A stretch of 64,000 nucleotides of DNA from Octopus vulgaris (GCA_951406725.2 OX597825.1:88350001-88414000); one strand, 5' to 3'. Shown: positions 41,103 to 59,311, numbered from the stretch's first letter. Notes: a model not told the origin generated them from the letters alone. Program-made: numbers and translations.

Positions 41103-42539
41103 GCCTAGATACTGGTCACTCGACTTATTAAGTTAGAATGTCTACTGTCATAGATTCGGAAAATATTGTTCCATTTAGAATGTGAATGGATATGTATGAC
41201 TGCTTATCTCCCGTATATGCTGAACGCATATCTGTGCAGAAGTAGAAAAATAAAAAGCTTTTATATCCTCATAAAACGACTGCAATATCGGTCGATACAA
41301 TGACTGGACTGTATAGTTTTGCTGGTAGAGACCTCGGAGAGCAAGTGACAAGCTAGAAGTCGATACCATTGCCACTTTTGCGAATGGAAGAACAAATACA
41401 TTCCTTGGCTGATGTTGTGTACGGTTCCTTAGCTATGATACTCTAAATGTTCTATACTGGAATATGGGTTACAAAGTTCACTTATCCTCAAAATAAACAT
41501 TACAAAACGCAGTCGTTAAATTGATTTTCATTGTTCCATCATAAAAGATGGATTATTTTATGACTATTTGCTGTTTTCTTGATTCGGTAACCGAAAGGAG
41601 CGTGTATTCATGAGATTCTATTGTTTAGGTACAATAATTTAAATTGTATAACATTTTATTGTATTTAGACATTGCCAATTTACTGACAACATCTGTCAAA
41701 GAGAGAAATATATCTGTGAGTGAATACTTTCTAAACCTTCATGGAAAGATTTATTCAATTTGGAACAACCAGTAAACACAATGAATGTACGTACGATTTG
41801 ATAATTGTTGAAATCCGTCGAATAAATATAGTTAAATAATAGGTTACAAAAATTATGCTCGTACGAAACTGAAAGCCATATATTACAAATATAATATTTC
41901 ACTTTTGCTTATGTGAACGTTTATCATTGAACAATATCTATCCTGCTGTCGGGTATCTAACGTGGCATTGTCTTTTCTGGTGGAACTCAAATGTTCAATG
42001 CACCAATTCAATTAAACATTATTGGCAACAAGATACGTAATTATGAAAATTCTATTTGAATACGCTTCGCCTTTTAAAGTAAATATCCTCTCTTGTAATT
42101 CGGAATAAATAGTTTTTGCTCATATTTCAAGAATCTTACTAACATTTGAAATGTGCAATAATGAAACCGTTGACAAACGAGTAGATTGTTGGGCGAATAG
42201 GAATTTGTCAGCAACACCATATCTAGTTTTCATGAAACTTAGTTTATAAGTTTCGTCTTGAAAGAGAATGAAAGAAATGTGAGAGATTGTAAAAGTGTTT
42301 GGGGAGGAAATAGTGCACAAATGCTCTTCTAGTTAAAAGGAAAAGGTCTTATTATGTATACGGTATCAACGAGGCAAGCATGAAAAGATTGGGAAAGGAT
42401 TCAGTGAAATATTAACGCAGATTCCACCTTCGAGCATATCATTTTCGTGAGTTTTCTTTAATAATACATTGTAAATGCATTTACGGAACCAGAATCTTTG
42501 CAGACGTTCATCGTGTATATGCATATACATTTTAATCAT

Positions 42540-42910
42540 TTATCTTTTACTTGCGTCATCATTAGACCACGACCATGCTGGGGCACTGCCTTGCCGGGTT
42601 TATTCGTATAAGTCGACCTCAGCCAAATGCCTATACTATCGTCGATTTTGCCGTGCCGCTACTTTACTGAGACGTAAACCACCAAAACTACACAAATTCA
42701 AGCAGTGGAGTGTAACATAAAGACACACACATACCCAAACCACATACAGCGTTCTTCTTTCAGTTTCATTCTACCAAATTCAACCAAAAGACGTTGATCG
42801 GCTTGTTGCTCCAATTCAAGACACCAGTCTAAAGCACCGTGCTGTGCAGTGGAACTGAAACCGGAACCATGTTATTGGGAAGCCAAAGTTTTACCACACT
42901 GCCATGCCTA
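42540..42910 (-). mobile_element. SINE family S3 (diverged)
   Basis: Colinear with 47010-47356 (tcttttacttg..., ttcagtttc...ctaccaaatt, cagtggaactgaa.ccggaaccatg). Confidence 0.75.
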
Positions 42911-45131
42911 TTGTGTGTGTGTGTGTGTGTGTGTGTGTGAGTGTACGCGCGTATGTGTGTCAAAGACCCAAACATATTGTAAACTACATCACATCTATAT
43001 TGCATTATTTCCTCAAACTAAATTGTTAATGTGCTAATTTGCTTAACTCTAAGCCTCAGCATTCGTACAATCCCAAATTCGTTGTTAGATTTTCGACAGC
43101 TGTGGAGTTTCTATACTGTAAAACCACACACACACATATATGTATAAGCCAATTAAATAAATAAATACATATATATATAAAAGCCAATACAAGCCTATAT
43201 ATATATATATATATAGTTTTATGATGTTTGTCAATGCATGCCAGCAAACAATATCGTCATTGAAAAAATATCAATATATTTCCACTAATATCCTTATCAA
43301 ATTATATCATCAGCTCTTATCGCTAACTGGCTGAAATTACAAAATAATTAACTGTAGTGTAGAAAATATTGTAAACATGATTCTATAACCAAGTGATTCC
43401 ATTCTTCAAAACAGACCTGTAAGTTAAATTATTCATGTCCAGGGATATCAACAGTTGACAAGACTTATTTACCATACCCGTCGATGAACGAATGAGAAAT
43501 GATTAAAAGATTTATGATGGGGGTCTAGAGGCGGTAGCATTTGTTATCAATTGTTTTAATTATACTCCTCTTATAACAAGGGACAAATAATCATCTTTTG
43601 TAGCTATGATCATTTTTACTGTCATCAACAGCCTTACAATCGAGGATTTACAATAGATTGGCTTATTTCTGACCTCGTTTAACTGAAGTAATAAATTAAG
43701 TTTTAATTTCTATGTAGGCGAGTTATAACTATTAAAGTATCTTGAACGTTATAAAGAAGTTCATTATTCAGCCATTAAAGATCAATATGTTTTAGGATAT
43801 TGTATTAAATGTCGAACATATGCTGTAAGCAACAGGCGAAAGAGGGCGCAAATACGAAATACAGTAAATCATAGTTGTTCCAGCGGTCAAAACGAAATAT
43901 TCTATATGGTATACGTCGTGTGAAAGTTTTCCTTTCATCTAAATTTAAAACGAAGAGCTCATCTTGACTAAATATAGCTATTACTGTGTTTTTGTTTGAG
44001 GTCTTGTTATTGCTATCAAAGTGTCCGGCTTCATCCGCAGTTAGCATCCTCCTCCGAATCATACTCTTACAAAACAAATTCGCTTTGATTTATTTTATCA
44101 TTTAACACATCAATTTTCTAATGGCATATGGATAGCTCAGGGAACGTATACGAAGTAGAAATGCACATTAAAAGAACATTGCCATAAAGATAAAGAATGT
44201 AGGTACATGCACATTCTCTTATCAAAGATGTAATACACGATGGCTGGCTTTCCGCCAAATAGCAACCACCTGTTATTTATACAGAAGATATTCACCAGAT
44301 CTAGAAATGAACTGCAACGGTTTGCCTTATAAAGCGCTAAGCACTAATGAGAAGGAAGATAAGTATATTCATTTTAATGTTTTTGCCAATGAAATTAAGA
44401 TTCATTTCTATACAATTATGGAAATAATAGTGAGTGATTCATGTATGATTGATGATGACGAAGAATATTTCAAAGTCTAAGATTTTTTTCCAGTTCTTTT
44501 AATTTTGTAGTTGTGGTATTGTACAAACTGGTAACACTCAAGTGGTAAATAAGTTTGCCTAGATTTGATTGACTGAAATATTTGTTATAAATAGCCCATA
44601 TTTTGATAAGATATGTATGAATAGACATTCGTTATAATATTATAAATTGTTACCGTTTACGACAAGTTTTAGTAAGATAATATCCTCAGTGAAGTTGAAG
44701 TGAGTTAAAATCCTCAAATCATGAAGCATGGGAAGACTACGTGCTGGAGGAAAGGTGAACGCTGTAGGTCAGCTACTGTAAGAATGATTATCAAATTGGG
44801 AGGGAATGTGAAATTAGGAGGCCTCTGTTGACCTTGATGATAAATTTCACCTCAGGTAAGGAATATGAAATGATGTCAGAGATGACAGTTTTGGAGGAAG
44901 CGAACATCGATTACCTCAAGAAAAAAAGCAAAGAATACAGAAGTTGGCTGAACTAAGTGAAAGCATTGGATTGGAGACAATTTGTATTCTTGTAGAGATT
45001 GGTGGTAAAGATGCGTTCGAGCCAGAGGTCAATCAGTGCTCGAGAGTCTTGGACGAGTCTGAAAATGAGAGGAAAGGGTTTGCCAGGAAATTATCGGAAG
45101 CCACTGAGAAAGCACGCCATTACATCTGGCT

Positions 45132-45178
<47 letters not shown>

Positions 45179-46673
45179 GGGGGTAGAGAAAGAAGGAGTG
45201 AAAGAATGGGTGGTGCAGCAAAAAGGAATAGAAATAACAGGTTCAGAAGGACAACGTATGACGCAATAAAGCCAATTGCTTTTCTTGGTCGGGAATTTTG
45301 TCGCTCAGATCGGCGGGTAGCCTTGAGCAGCTTTGGCTTCGTGGTGGATGGCGATGAAACATCTAAAGAGCTTCTTCTGCATTCGGAGGCGGAGTGTAGC
45401 AGGACCATCAGTGCATAAGTATTTATTGTAAATGTGTATATAAAATCGATTCCTGAATATATTCAGTACACGAATAAAATCGATGCAAGAATCTATATAA
45501 AAACGAACATGAATTAACTACTAGTTATTAAGTTGACCTTTTAAGACATTTCATAATCACAATTATGAAACTAAAGGAAACAAATCTAAAGCAATGGCAA
45601 TCTTTTTGCATCCATTATGGATGTGGTTAATGGAGAGTAAACACAATTTAATCAGTAAATATACACTGAGAGGTACTCTACACTAATCTAAATATTTCGT
45701 TTATGGGTTCTTTTAGAAGCTGCTTAAAATGATTGTGCATTTTGATGGAATTATAATTAATCTAACATTATTAAATTACTTCAAACATTATCCGGCAAAT
45801 TCAAAACACTGATATAATTTGTTTTATTTAATTATTTAGTTGCAGCTAATTATTATTCAAGTATTTTCGTTGCGCTCCTTTATGAAATACTCCTCCACTT
45901 TCACCAAATTTGTCGTTATATTAGAGAATTTGAATTCAGTTACATGTCAGAAATGCCTTAGGGATTTGAATAACATGGAGAATGGATAGTGGAATCCGTC
46001 AATAATTCTATACTTTACCAAAGAAATACAAATCGTTGAGTGAATTCCTTTAAGGGTAGAGTTTCTTCGTTCAAATTGACAGGATATCAGTTTTATAAAT
46101 GGAAACGGAACACAAAAAATAAAGTCGTAATAAAATTATGCTCGCCAATGCTGTCCTTTAAAATGCGGCATGTCATCCGTCAACTACGATATCAGTATTA
46201 CCAGCAGAGAAATAAAATGTGAATAATATTGCTTATTGATTTGTATGAGCAGTTCAGAGACAGAACCACCGAGGAAAATGTTGGTTTTCTCAAATTTACC
46301 CGAAGGTCAATGTTTTCAATTGCAATCATGAAATGCAACCCCCAAAATACTTTTTTAATGTTAAAAGAATAAAAGAAAATACAAAAGAACATTCGAATAT
46401 AGTAAGATGTCAAGATGTGTTATGTTGCAAGATATGACATTTGGAATGAAGCTTTTAATGGAGGAGAATGCATTCGTGACAAAAAGAATTCCCAGAATCC
46501 AAATCATAGACGTTGTGTAGTTTTATTATATATTTTAAGATGTGTCGATAAGTAGTTTTACTTGTACAACACATTAGCCCTGACAGCTTCCAGATCAGGT
46601 GTTTTCTTTCGTCAACATTCCATTTACTAATGATTGTTTTTTCCTGAAATACCTAATGTTGAGATAATGGCAT

Positions 46674-46705
<32 letters not shown>

Positions 46706-47009
46706 AACACACACACACATGCACACAATTTTTTAATAGGTGAGTAGATTATGGCAGACATGTAGCCAGGCGGTAACATGTTAGCGGTAAGTAATAAGGA
46801 ATACAACCTTAAGGATAAGAAGGTAAACATTATCTTCCTCATCGCGCTGACGTAAGAAGAATTGAGACAGTGTCCCAAAGACATTGGACGTAATACTTAA
46901 GATAACGGGCATCACCCAAAGCAATGCGAATGGCATCAATTGGAAAGCAATTCTGTCAACCTACCTTTTATTGTGTTTCTTTAAACGATGAATCGAGCTT
47001 ATTTTTTAA

Positions 47010-47356
47010 ATACTCTTTTACTTGTTTCAATCATTTGACTGCGGCCATGCTGGTGCACCGCCTTTAGTCGAGCAAATCGACCCTGAGACGTGACGGGGAC
47101 GTAAAAACACCAGCATCGGTTGTCAAACAATGCTAGAGGGACAAACACAGACACACAAACATATACACACACATACATATATACACATATACAACAGGCT
47201 TCTTTCAGTTTCCATCTACCAAATCCACTCACAAGGCTTTGGTCGGCCCGAGGCTATAGCAGAAGACACTTGCCCAAGATGCCACGCAGTGGGACTGAAC
47301 CCGGAACCATGAGGTTGGTTAGCAAGCTACTTACCACGCAGCCACTCCTGCGCCTA
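47010..47356 (-). mobile_element. SINE family S3, best-preserved copy
   Basis: Minus-strand tRNA head aggcgcaggagtggctgcgtggtaagtagc...ccgggttcagtcccactgcg with A- and B-box-like motifs. Confidence 0.85.
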
Positions 47357-48099
47357 TATAGTTTAAGAATAATAATGGAATATTTTCTGATAGATGACAC
47401 AATATTGAATATGGAGTTAATGTTGACCGGGACTTCAAACTTTCTTAAACGGCTTATTCAATCAATAGTATATAAGATTTTATTTTATAGAATTAAAATG
47501 GGAATGGATGGATGTGTGGACGGGCACGGATGCACTTATCGCATGAGCATTACTCGCAGCAAACGCATTTTTTCACACTAAACTCTTTGATTTGTCAGTA
47601 ATTTTTTTCACAGAAGGAACGAATGGAGTTAAGGAAAAACAACCGAAAATGTACTTGTTACTGAAGAACAATTGCAGCGGAAGTTGGAATTGTGTTCCTA
47701 AATTGCATAGATATGCTGTACTCGCAGGGTGGAAGTTTTCACAAAATGGGTGATTAACTGTACAACCAGATGCAAAAATGTGTAGACAAACCAATCTGAT
47801 AATAACACTTTGGGTAGAATGTCAACGTAAACACAGATACATTGATAGAAACTGCTCAGGTGCCAATGGGTGCAGGCATTTATGGCTACTTGATGGAAAT
47901 TTCACCCAGAAGCAATAAATACTTCCCCAAAACGATGATCTGATTTTTAATACACACCCACACAGAGAAATCATTTCAATTGTATTTCGGTTTTTGCATC
48001 AGGTTTAACAGATTCGTTATGTAAATTCGTGTGTTGAAACAAATTTCGTTGTGTCTGACATACTAATACCAGACATAGGTTGATGAACAATGTGTCCCT

Positions 48100-49075
48100 G
48101 CTAAGCAAACCCCATGAAACAAGGAGACACAGAAATTCATTTCTCTGGATACGATCAGAAACATAGGATTCGAGAGGAGCCAGAAAGAGTTTACGTAACA
48201 TCATATATAATGATGTCAGTGGTACCCGCTGTGGGTACCGAACTGAAGACTAGAACAGTAACAGAGGATTTGGGACAAAGCAAACAAAGTGAACACATAG
48301 TGCAGGTAAAGGTAACGTTTCCTTCTCTGGTCATGTCGACCCATAAGAGCCGGTTACTCGGTTTCCATGACGTATATATTCCACCACCTGGACAGAACGA
48401 CTGTCCGACACAGGTTTACTCCTTTGTGCCAGCTTACTGGACTGGAGTAACGTGGAACGAAGTGCTTTGCTCAAGAACACAACGCGTCGTCCCGTCTAGG
48501 AATCGAAACTACAATTTTACGATTATGAGTCGAACATATAAACCACTAAGCCACGCGACTCCACACCCATGGTACACGGCTGATACATATCAAGGGGTGA
48601 TATTTGAAGAGTCCACACCCTATGGGAAATTAGCTCGTAGATTTAGGAAGGTTCTGAAAGACATCACACTCAATATTAGAACCGTTGAGAATCCAAAGTG
48701 CTCCATGAGGTCACAGTTATGTAGGACTCCTAAAATACCATGTGCACTAAAGAGAACTGTGTTGTATGTATGTTTAACCCCAGTATTAACTGTAAAACTA
48801 GTCTACAGCATACGCTGCGTAGAAGGAGTTTCTAAGGGTAGAAATACGACATACATTGGAGAAACCTCTAGGAGTATAGCGGAGGGGCTAAACAAATACT
48901 GGAGGGAGTATAATGACAAGAAACAGTCATCTGTACTCTATCAACATTCCAAAGACCAGCATGGCGGCATAGTGGGCTGAATTGATATCCGCATTTTGTA
49001 CAAACACCCAAAAGATGCACTACTTAGACAACCACAAGAGTACGTTCTCATAAATTAAACACAACCCATACTAAA
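48100..49075 (+). pseudogene. Penelope-like element C-terminal remnant with GIY-YIG endonuclease, interrupted by a SINE
   Basis: VIFEESTPYGKLARRFRK linker, then LVYSIRC...TYIGETSRSIAE...SVLYQH...H and ILYKH..AL.RQ..E past the stop. The middle of ORF 48114-48980 is a read-through of a SINE. Confidence 0.85.
48308..48565 (-). mobile_element. CORE-type SINE family S2-related, nested in the PLE remnant
   Basis: Minus strand ggagtcgcgtggcttagtggttt...gtttcgattcc...gttgtgttcttgagcaaagcacttc. Confidence 0.8.
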
Positions 49076-50209
49076 TATGAAATACATATAGGAGGTACGG
49101 GTGCTGCAATGCCACAGATACCATCCACACATACATAGGTACATTTGTAAGAATGCAGTCAAGTAGGTAAATAGGTAGGTAAGTATGTAGGTAAGTAGGT
49201 AGGTTTTTAGTGGTTAGGTCTGTTATATAGATGGTTAGTTATTCAGTTAATTATATAGGTAGGTAGAATGGATGGGAAGATAAGCAAGCTAATAGGTCGA
49301 TAGGTAAGTAGGTAGATAAGTAGGTAAGTAGTTAGTTAGGTAGGTAGGTAGGTAGATAGATAGGGATATTAGTAAGAAGGTGGCTACATAAGTAGTACGG
49401 ATAATCACACACAGGCACACAGACAAAAGCAGACACACATGCAAGGAGACAGAAACACATGACCATACCCACACAATCAATACATATGCATACGCAAAAA
49501 AAAAACAAATATATATATATACATGCATATATATATTAAAGGTGCACATGCAAAAACAGAATCTCATACGCATCGACACACTGAAACACGCACGCAGAAG
49601 GAAGCAGAAGTACGCACGCATACATACATGCATACACAATCACAGAAGCAAGCACACATATATGTACGCAACAAGATTCTAAGCAGACAAACATGGCTGC
49701 CATGACGGACGAAGCCTAAAGTTATTGAAAAGGTTGCAAGTAGCAACAAAGGAGCTTTGACGAGCAAAAACGAAACAAATGACTCACTGATTAACTAAAT
49801 GAAAGCAAATCGATTAGTTTGTAGGATATTCAACCAATTGACTAACAATAAAGGAGTGGAATTGAACCTGGGCGTGTAGTTAATAATATTGGCATAATGA
49901 CTCTCCTTAGACAAGATTATTCTAGTGGCACACACTTATCAATGCTGATGGCGCGTTACAAAACGACTCCTGCAAATCGATATTTGCCGATCAATTATAG
50001 TGCGCAATTATCAGAGAATTGGATTTAGAATACAAAGTAATTATGTTATAAAGTCAGCATCGGAAATAAAAGTTGGTTTTTGTTTTAAAACTGAATCGCT
50101 CGTACCACGTGTAATATTTTCGTTAAACGTATGAAAACTGAAACAACGATATACTACATCTAGATCTGACGCTAAATCATGTGCAAAATAGTATTTCTCT
50201 GTCTGTCTG

Positions 50210-50242
<33 letters not shown>

Positions 50243-50425
50243 TACACACACACACACATACAGATCTATATTTAAAAATGAGGAATTATTTACATTATTT
50301 ACATTTGACGGATATTTGTCCTCATCTTGTTTGTTGCTTCGGCTGAAATACCCTCCAGCCTTCATCAGGTGTCTTGGGGAAATTTCGAACCTGGGTTCTC
50401 ATTCCTAAGGTATTTTTCGATGTTG

Positions 50426-50535
<110 letters not shown>

Positions 50536-50556
50536 CATTATTATCAATAATAATGA

Positions 50557-50589
<33 letters not shown>

Positions 50590-50597
50590 ATGTCCAC

Positions 50598-50672
50598 GGG
50601 CATATGGTGTAATGGTTTCGAGAGCGGGCTACTAACCCCAAGATTCCGAGTTCGATTCCAGGCAGTGACCTG
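50598..50672 (+). promoter_or_regulatory. tRNA-derived head with Pol III A/B-box-like motifs (not a functional tRNA)
   Basis: TGGTGTAATGG (50605-50615), GGG-CTACTAA-CCC anticodon-like arm, GAGTTCGATTC (50648-50658); no good acceptor stem. Confidence 0.7.
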
Positions 50673-50768
50673 AACAACAACAACAACAACAATAATAATA
50701 ATAATAATAATAAAATAAAAATCGAAAATTACCTCAGGAATGGGAAGCCAGGTTCGAAATTTCCCCAA

Positions 50769-50814
50769 GACGCCTGACGAAGACTGGAGGGTATATCAGC
50801 CGAAACGTTGCGTT
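50769..50814 (+). ncRNA. Minimal type I hammerhead ribozyme motif (family D)
   Basis: GACGC-CTGACGA-A-GACTGG(loop)TCAGCC-GAAA-CG-TT^GCGTT: 5-bp stem I, loopless palindromic ACGT stem III, GUU triplet. The inverted arm has CTGATGA-A-GGCTG..CAGCC-GAAG but lacks the cleavage segment. Confidence 0.75.
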
Positions 50815-50887
50815 AACAACAAACAAGATGAGGACAAATATCCGTCAAATGTAAATAATGTAAATAATGTACATACACACATATTCA

Positions 50888-51340
50888 TTTATCTTTTACT
50901 TGTATTTATCACTGTTGCGGGAGCAACACCTTGAAAGGTTTTCGTCGAAAATATCGATTGTCGTACTTAATTTTAATGTATAATACTTATGTTATAGGTA
51001 GTGTTTGGCGAACCACTAGGTTATGGGGCTATAAACAAACAAACACCGATCTTCATGCAGTTGGAGACAAACAGATACAAAGTGAAATGTACATAAATAT
51101 ATACATGACCCGATTTCATAGAGTTTTCATATTCCAAATTCATTCAAAAAACATTAATCATGCGGGGGATATAGAAGGGGTGTATGAAAAGTTTTGAGCC
51201 GTCAACGTCTTTGAGCCTTGAAGTATTGTTTCTTCATCGGGAATCTTGACCCATGTTTTTTTTTTCAGACTTTCAAATTTTTTATACACCCCTCGTAGAA
51301 GAAAACAATCGCACAAGTTGAGACTGAATCTCATGTGTTT
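50888..51340 (-). mobile_element. Diverged SINE S3 interrupted by a MITE
   Basis: atcttttacttgt tail; the S3 segment atagaagaa.ac resumes after 51296. Confidence 0.55.
51174..51295. mobile_element. Mariner-type MITE (~122 bp) with TA duplication
   Basis: ta|gaaggggtgtatgaaaagtttt ... aaattttttatacacccctcg|ta imperfect terminal inverted repeats. Confidence 0.7.
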
Positions 51341-52565
51341 AAAAATGCAACTCATGTTTTGTCTAGATGTCATAATCTTAGGTTCACTAAACACCACCTG
51401 GATGCTGGTTCAACCGAAAACTATTGGGGAAAATATGTTCTAATACATTACAAGCAATAACACCATTACACACTTTCCATTTCAAATGTTGTAACTTCCT
51501 CGTTGAAAGCAATTAGCATTTCTGCTAATGTGTTTGTGTAAGGGAGGCACTTTAATTTTAGCTTAAAGAACATAGAATATCTTAAGTTAAAACATCTCCC
51601 CACATGTTATTATATTGATATTTACATAGGAAATATTGTTGATATAATTTACTTCCCCCTTTAGCCCCTAATTACACTAATGATATTGACGCAATACCTT
51701 CAATTAATAAGCACCAGCTTTCAAAATGCTTCCTAACAATATTCTTGCATCTCCAAATTTATGATAAATAAGATCGTTGGCAATCCAAGTATAAATTACA
51801 ATTTTAATGACGCTCCCACCTCTTAAATAATACAATTAACACATTTTGTTCGTTCTGTGTCATGTCAGAAGAAATTATAAATTAGTACTTGTAACTTAAT
51901 CAAACAGCCTGTTTAATAATGTTTGCATAATTTGTGAGAAGGCCGATTATTATTCCTTCCAGTTGCTTATAATGCAGAAAATGAAATTATTTCACTACAT
52001 CTTTTATTCAATTAATTTTGAATCTACGTCAAATTTAATCGCCGTTCAAGCACAGGCAACCCACACAGAAATACAACAATTCATTTTCAAACTGCATATT
52101 AAACCATTAAATGTATATTTTGACACAACAATCCCGAAAAACTTTTTTGAGCTGAAGCTAATTTTCAGTCAATATCACTAAAAAGAAACATAGGGGCAAA
52201 TTTGAAGCGGAATTTTATGAGGAATTGATTATAGAACATATATTTGTGGAAGCAAAAGACATACATGAATTTCTCATAATGCCGTATTTTTCTGTATTAA
52301 ATATTGCCAATTTGTTTGGATGTAAAGAAGTAAACATCAAAAGGAAATATCACATCACAAAAAAAAAATCTCGACACGAATAAAGTTTCGATATTAACGG
52401 TTTGACTCCTCCCTATTTTCTTACTGCTCAATATGGTATTGATATCTCCAAGGGCTGCCTTTCGAGAGATGAAGACGAGATCCATCATTGACGTTTACGC
52501 TGTATATCTCGCACTACTTCCTTTCATTCTTCATCGAATTATGTATTTCACACATACACACACAC

Positions 52566-52611
<46 letters not shown>

Positions 52612-52789
52612 TTCTTTCCTTCAATTTTTGTATCGTTCTACATATATAAATGCACGCATATACACACGTACATGCACAATATATACTCATATGTATTTAT
52701 ATATATTTCCAGTTTATCGTTTAGCAATGGAATTGTTGGTTATGTGAGTAATACACGTGTTTGTTTGTTTTTTGTTTGCTTGTTTTTTG

Positions 52790-53330
52790 CTCTGTTAGCG
52801 GTGCGACGTTTTCCCTCTTGTTTAATGAAGCGGCGTCGGGCAAGGAGTTGCGAAAATTGAATTACTCTTCTCCAGACTTTGTGAACTATCCTTTTTCAGA
52901 CTTTGTGTCGTCTGAGGAAGAAATGATGGAGTGTTTAAAGTAGATTGATGAAGAAATGGAGACAAGATGACGAGAGAAAGAAGCGAAGATGTGAGACTGG
53001 AAGATATGAGCAAATTCAAGAGAATAATTAAAAGGGAGGGGAACGAAGTGATGGTGTCCCCCTCGCCCCCGAAAAGAAAGTGTTCAAAGAGAAAAATGAG
53101 AAAACCATATTTTACAGATGGTACCTCGTAGCAACCAGGAAAATTGAAGTCATGACGTCGGCTCAAATAGAAAAGGATCTTAAGCCAATCTGGCAAGGAA
53201 TTTCCTACCTAGCCAGAGGGAAAAAAATTGAAACAGTGGAGGTGCGATTTCGGGAGGTAGCTACTGCCAGGCTGCACTCAGCATCACCGTTGGGAACTGA
53301 TGAAGTGGTGCTTCTCCCTGTTTATGAAAG
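52790..53330 (+). mobile_element. Possible 5' end/ORF1-like remnant of a retroelement
   Basis: GC-richer, purine-skewed block with a protein-like but broken frame (EKTIFYRWY..IEKDLKPIWQGISYLARGKKIETVEVRF); family not recognised. Confidence 0.35.
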
Positions 53331-53589
53331 CATAACGACTCATTTGCATTTTTATATTCCCTTTTCCCTTATTCTGCCCATTTAAATACTTTTGTCCCTT
53401 TCCAACTTACTCTCATATTTTCCCTTCTCTCGCATCCGTTGCCCAAGTTTGTAAGCGATGTAAAATACCGCAATAAATCTACCATTCATATTTCTTGCGC
53501 GTATTTAAGAAATGTGAAGGCTGAGACTTGCTCTAGTATCCATGCATCATACATTCTAGAATATATGAGGGATGCAAGGGACTAAACTG

Positions 53590-53750
53590 CCAGCATTAGC
53601 AGGCATGCTTGGTAAGGAGAGTGCTTGGGTTCAAATTCTCCCGAAATTGACATTACCTCTTCTCATTTCAGGGACGATAAAATAAGTACCAGTTGAATAC
53701 TGAGGTCGGTGTAATCGTCAACAGAAATTACTGGCCTTGTGCGAAATTTG
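53590..53750 (+). mobile_element. SINE family S1 (diverged)
   Basis: gggttcaaattc.cc...gacgataaaataagtaccagttg...ggccttgtgc. Confidence 0.6.
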
Positions 53751-54705
53751 GCCCGCTTACCTGAATGTTCCCATATACCCTCTAAATAAATATTTTCTGT
53801 TTTCCTTTCCGACATTATAATGTCAACCTACAAACTTAAGTTCCTGTTCTATTTTATCTTTAGACTTGGTTTACTCTATTCCCATGAAGTTCTGCAAATC
53901 ATTCACAATAGTAAGTGAAACCAATGTTCATCTAGACAAAAAGAAAAAAAATAATGATAAAATAGATTACCTCATGGGTGGAATGTACATCTACACATCT
54001 AATCCTAATGAGTTTGGCTGTTACATTCTGCTGTTGAAGAAGCTTATCCTTTCAAATAACATATTAATATTTTAATGATCAAGAATTTTCCTGTTTGCAT
54101 ATTTCAAACTTAGTATTTCGTACATGTTTCTAATGGATTGCAAACTCGTTTCTCATTCACAGACTCTGACGTTCTCTGTGTGTGAATTCTTCATCGTAAC
54201 AATTCTTCAGAATCGAATTTAGGCTTTTTTTTTTCTTTTGAAATATCTCCTCTCATTATTAGTTCTAATTATCTTTCCCTGTGTGATAATTGCGATACAC
54301 ATATTTTAGATTCTCTGCGGAATTCTATAAAATTTTAGCGTATAGCAGATGTGTCTCTCTGTTAGTATAGAAGCATTAACTATAAAAATGGATGACACAT
54401 ATCAAGAAAAATGTACTTTTCAGAAGAGTCAACTGTCTCATCCTATATATATACATAGATAATTGGCAGATATGTAAATTATATTTAACTTCATACAGAG
54501 ATCTCGGAGGTTCAATTATACTCGCTGTCATTTCATATAACATAAACAGCTGATGGTCAGATATTTTCTCTGTTTTTCTTGTATTATGGAAATTTATGCG
54601 GACTCTTGAGGAATTACTATCATCATGTCATTATACCGATGAAATGCAGTATTTTAAATGAATTATCGACAATTCATCTAGCAAGCCCACGCTCTAACAC
54701 TTCTG

Positions 54706-54765
<60 letters not shown>

Positions 54766-54900
54766 GAGTGTGTGTGTGTGCGCGTGTGTGTGTATGTGTG
54801 AGTGTGTGTGCACATCAGTGCGTATTTTCTCTTCAGTCACATTGCCAACATTTAAAAGACGCATCGCTCAACACATGACATACACAAAATTGTTAGAAGC

Positions 54901-55009
<109 letters not shown>

Positions 55010-55415
55010 CATGAGGATACCGAATTTCTCGGAGTAAAATTGCAAGCAAGGAGAGTTCCTTCCGGTGGTGGGTGCGATTTTTGGTAATCTGCCTTTAGCT
55101 CTCATCCGCTGTTTCAGTCTATTTTTTGGCTACTTAGAGTGTAAATTACAATATTGAAAATGAGGAGAATGAAGAATTTGAACATTCAAACTTTAAGTTT
55201 ATTTCCATTTGGTACAATAGTCCGCCACGTGTTTCGATCGCACCAATCGCATATTGTTGCATATTCTATGCACCAATTTTTGCATTATTAGTACTGTCCC
55301 TTCGGGGCAAAAAAAATATGTCATTGTTTGAGGAGGAATAATAACATTGATAACATTAAACACAGACCAAACGCATTCTTTAGTTAAATGATAATGAGAA
55401 CCAAACGAAAGATAA

Positions 55416-55417
55416 TG

Positions 55418-55491
<74 letters not shown>

Positions 55492-55824
55492 GAGTTGAAC
55501 AAAGAGTTCAACCAACACAAACCTCACCTCAGCTCTATTGTTAACCAAATATGAAAGTATTATTTGACAGGCAAGAACTCTGGCGCTGAAGACAGTCAGC
55601 CAGCCAACCACCAAGCCAGCCAACGAGACAGACAGACACTACTGTGATGGTGATGATGATAAAAAAACAAAAATAACAATAATAAGATACTGCTGTGACT
55701 ACACATAAAACAATATCATTGATGATGATGGTGGTGATGGTGATGGTGATGATGATAATGATGATGGTAATGGTGGTGATAATGATGATAGTGATGGTAA
55801 TGGTGATGATAATAACAATAATAA
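55416..55824. repeat. (TAA)n tract and degenerate (GAT/GGT/AAT)n tract upstream of the LINE
   Basis: Seen directly at 55416-55487 and ~55720-55824. Confidence 0.9.
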
Positions 55825-59151
<3,327 letters not shown>

Positions 59152-59230
59152 ACCGCAATATATAAGCTATAATATATGGCGTTCATTTTGATGTTGAACT
59201 TAAAATGGTCTATATATTTAATATATAAAA

Positions 59231-59311
<81 letters not shown>

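Noticed and set aside
44700-45420. GC-richer block as an LTR or exon
   Set aside because: No second copy, TG..CA ends, PBS or convincing protein motif; the ORFs depend on a (GA)n tract.
50598-50672. Functional tRNA gene
   Set aside because: No proper acceptor stem, an unusual ACT anticodon and a repeat context indicate a SINE-type head.
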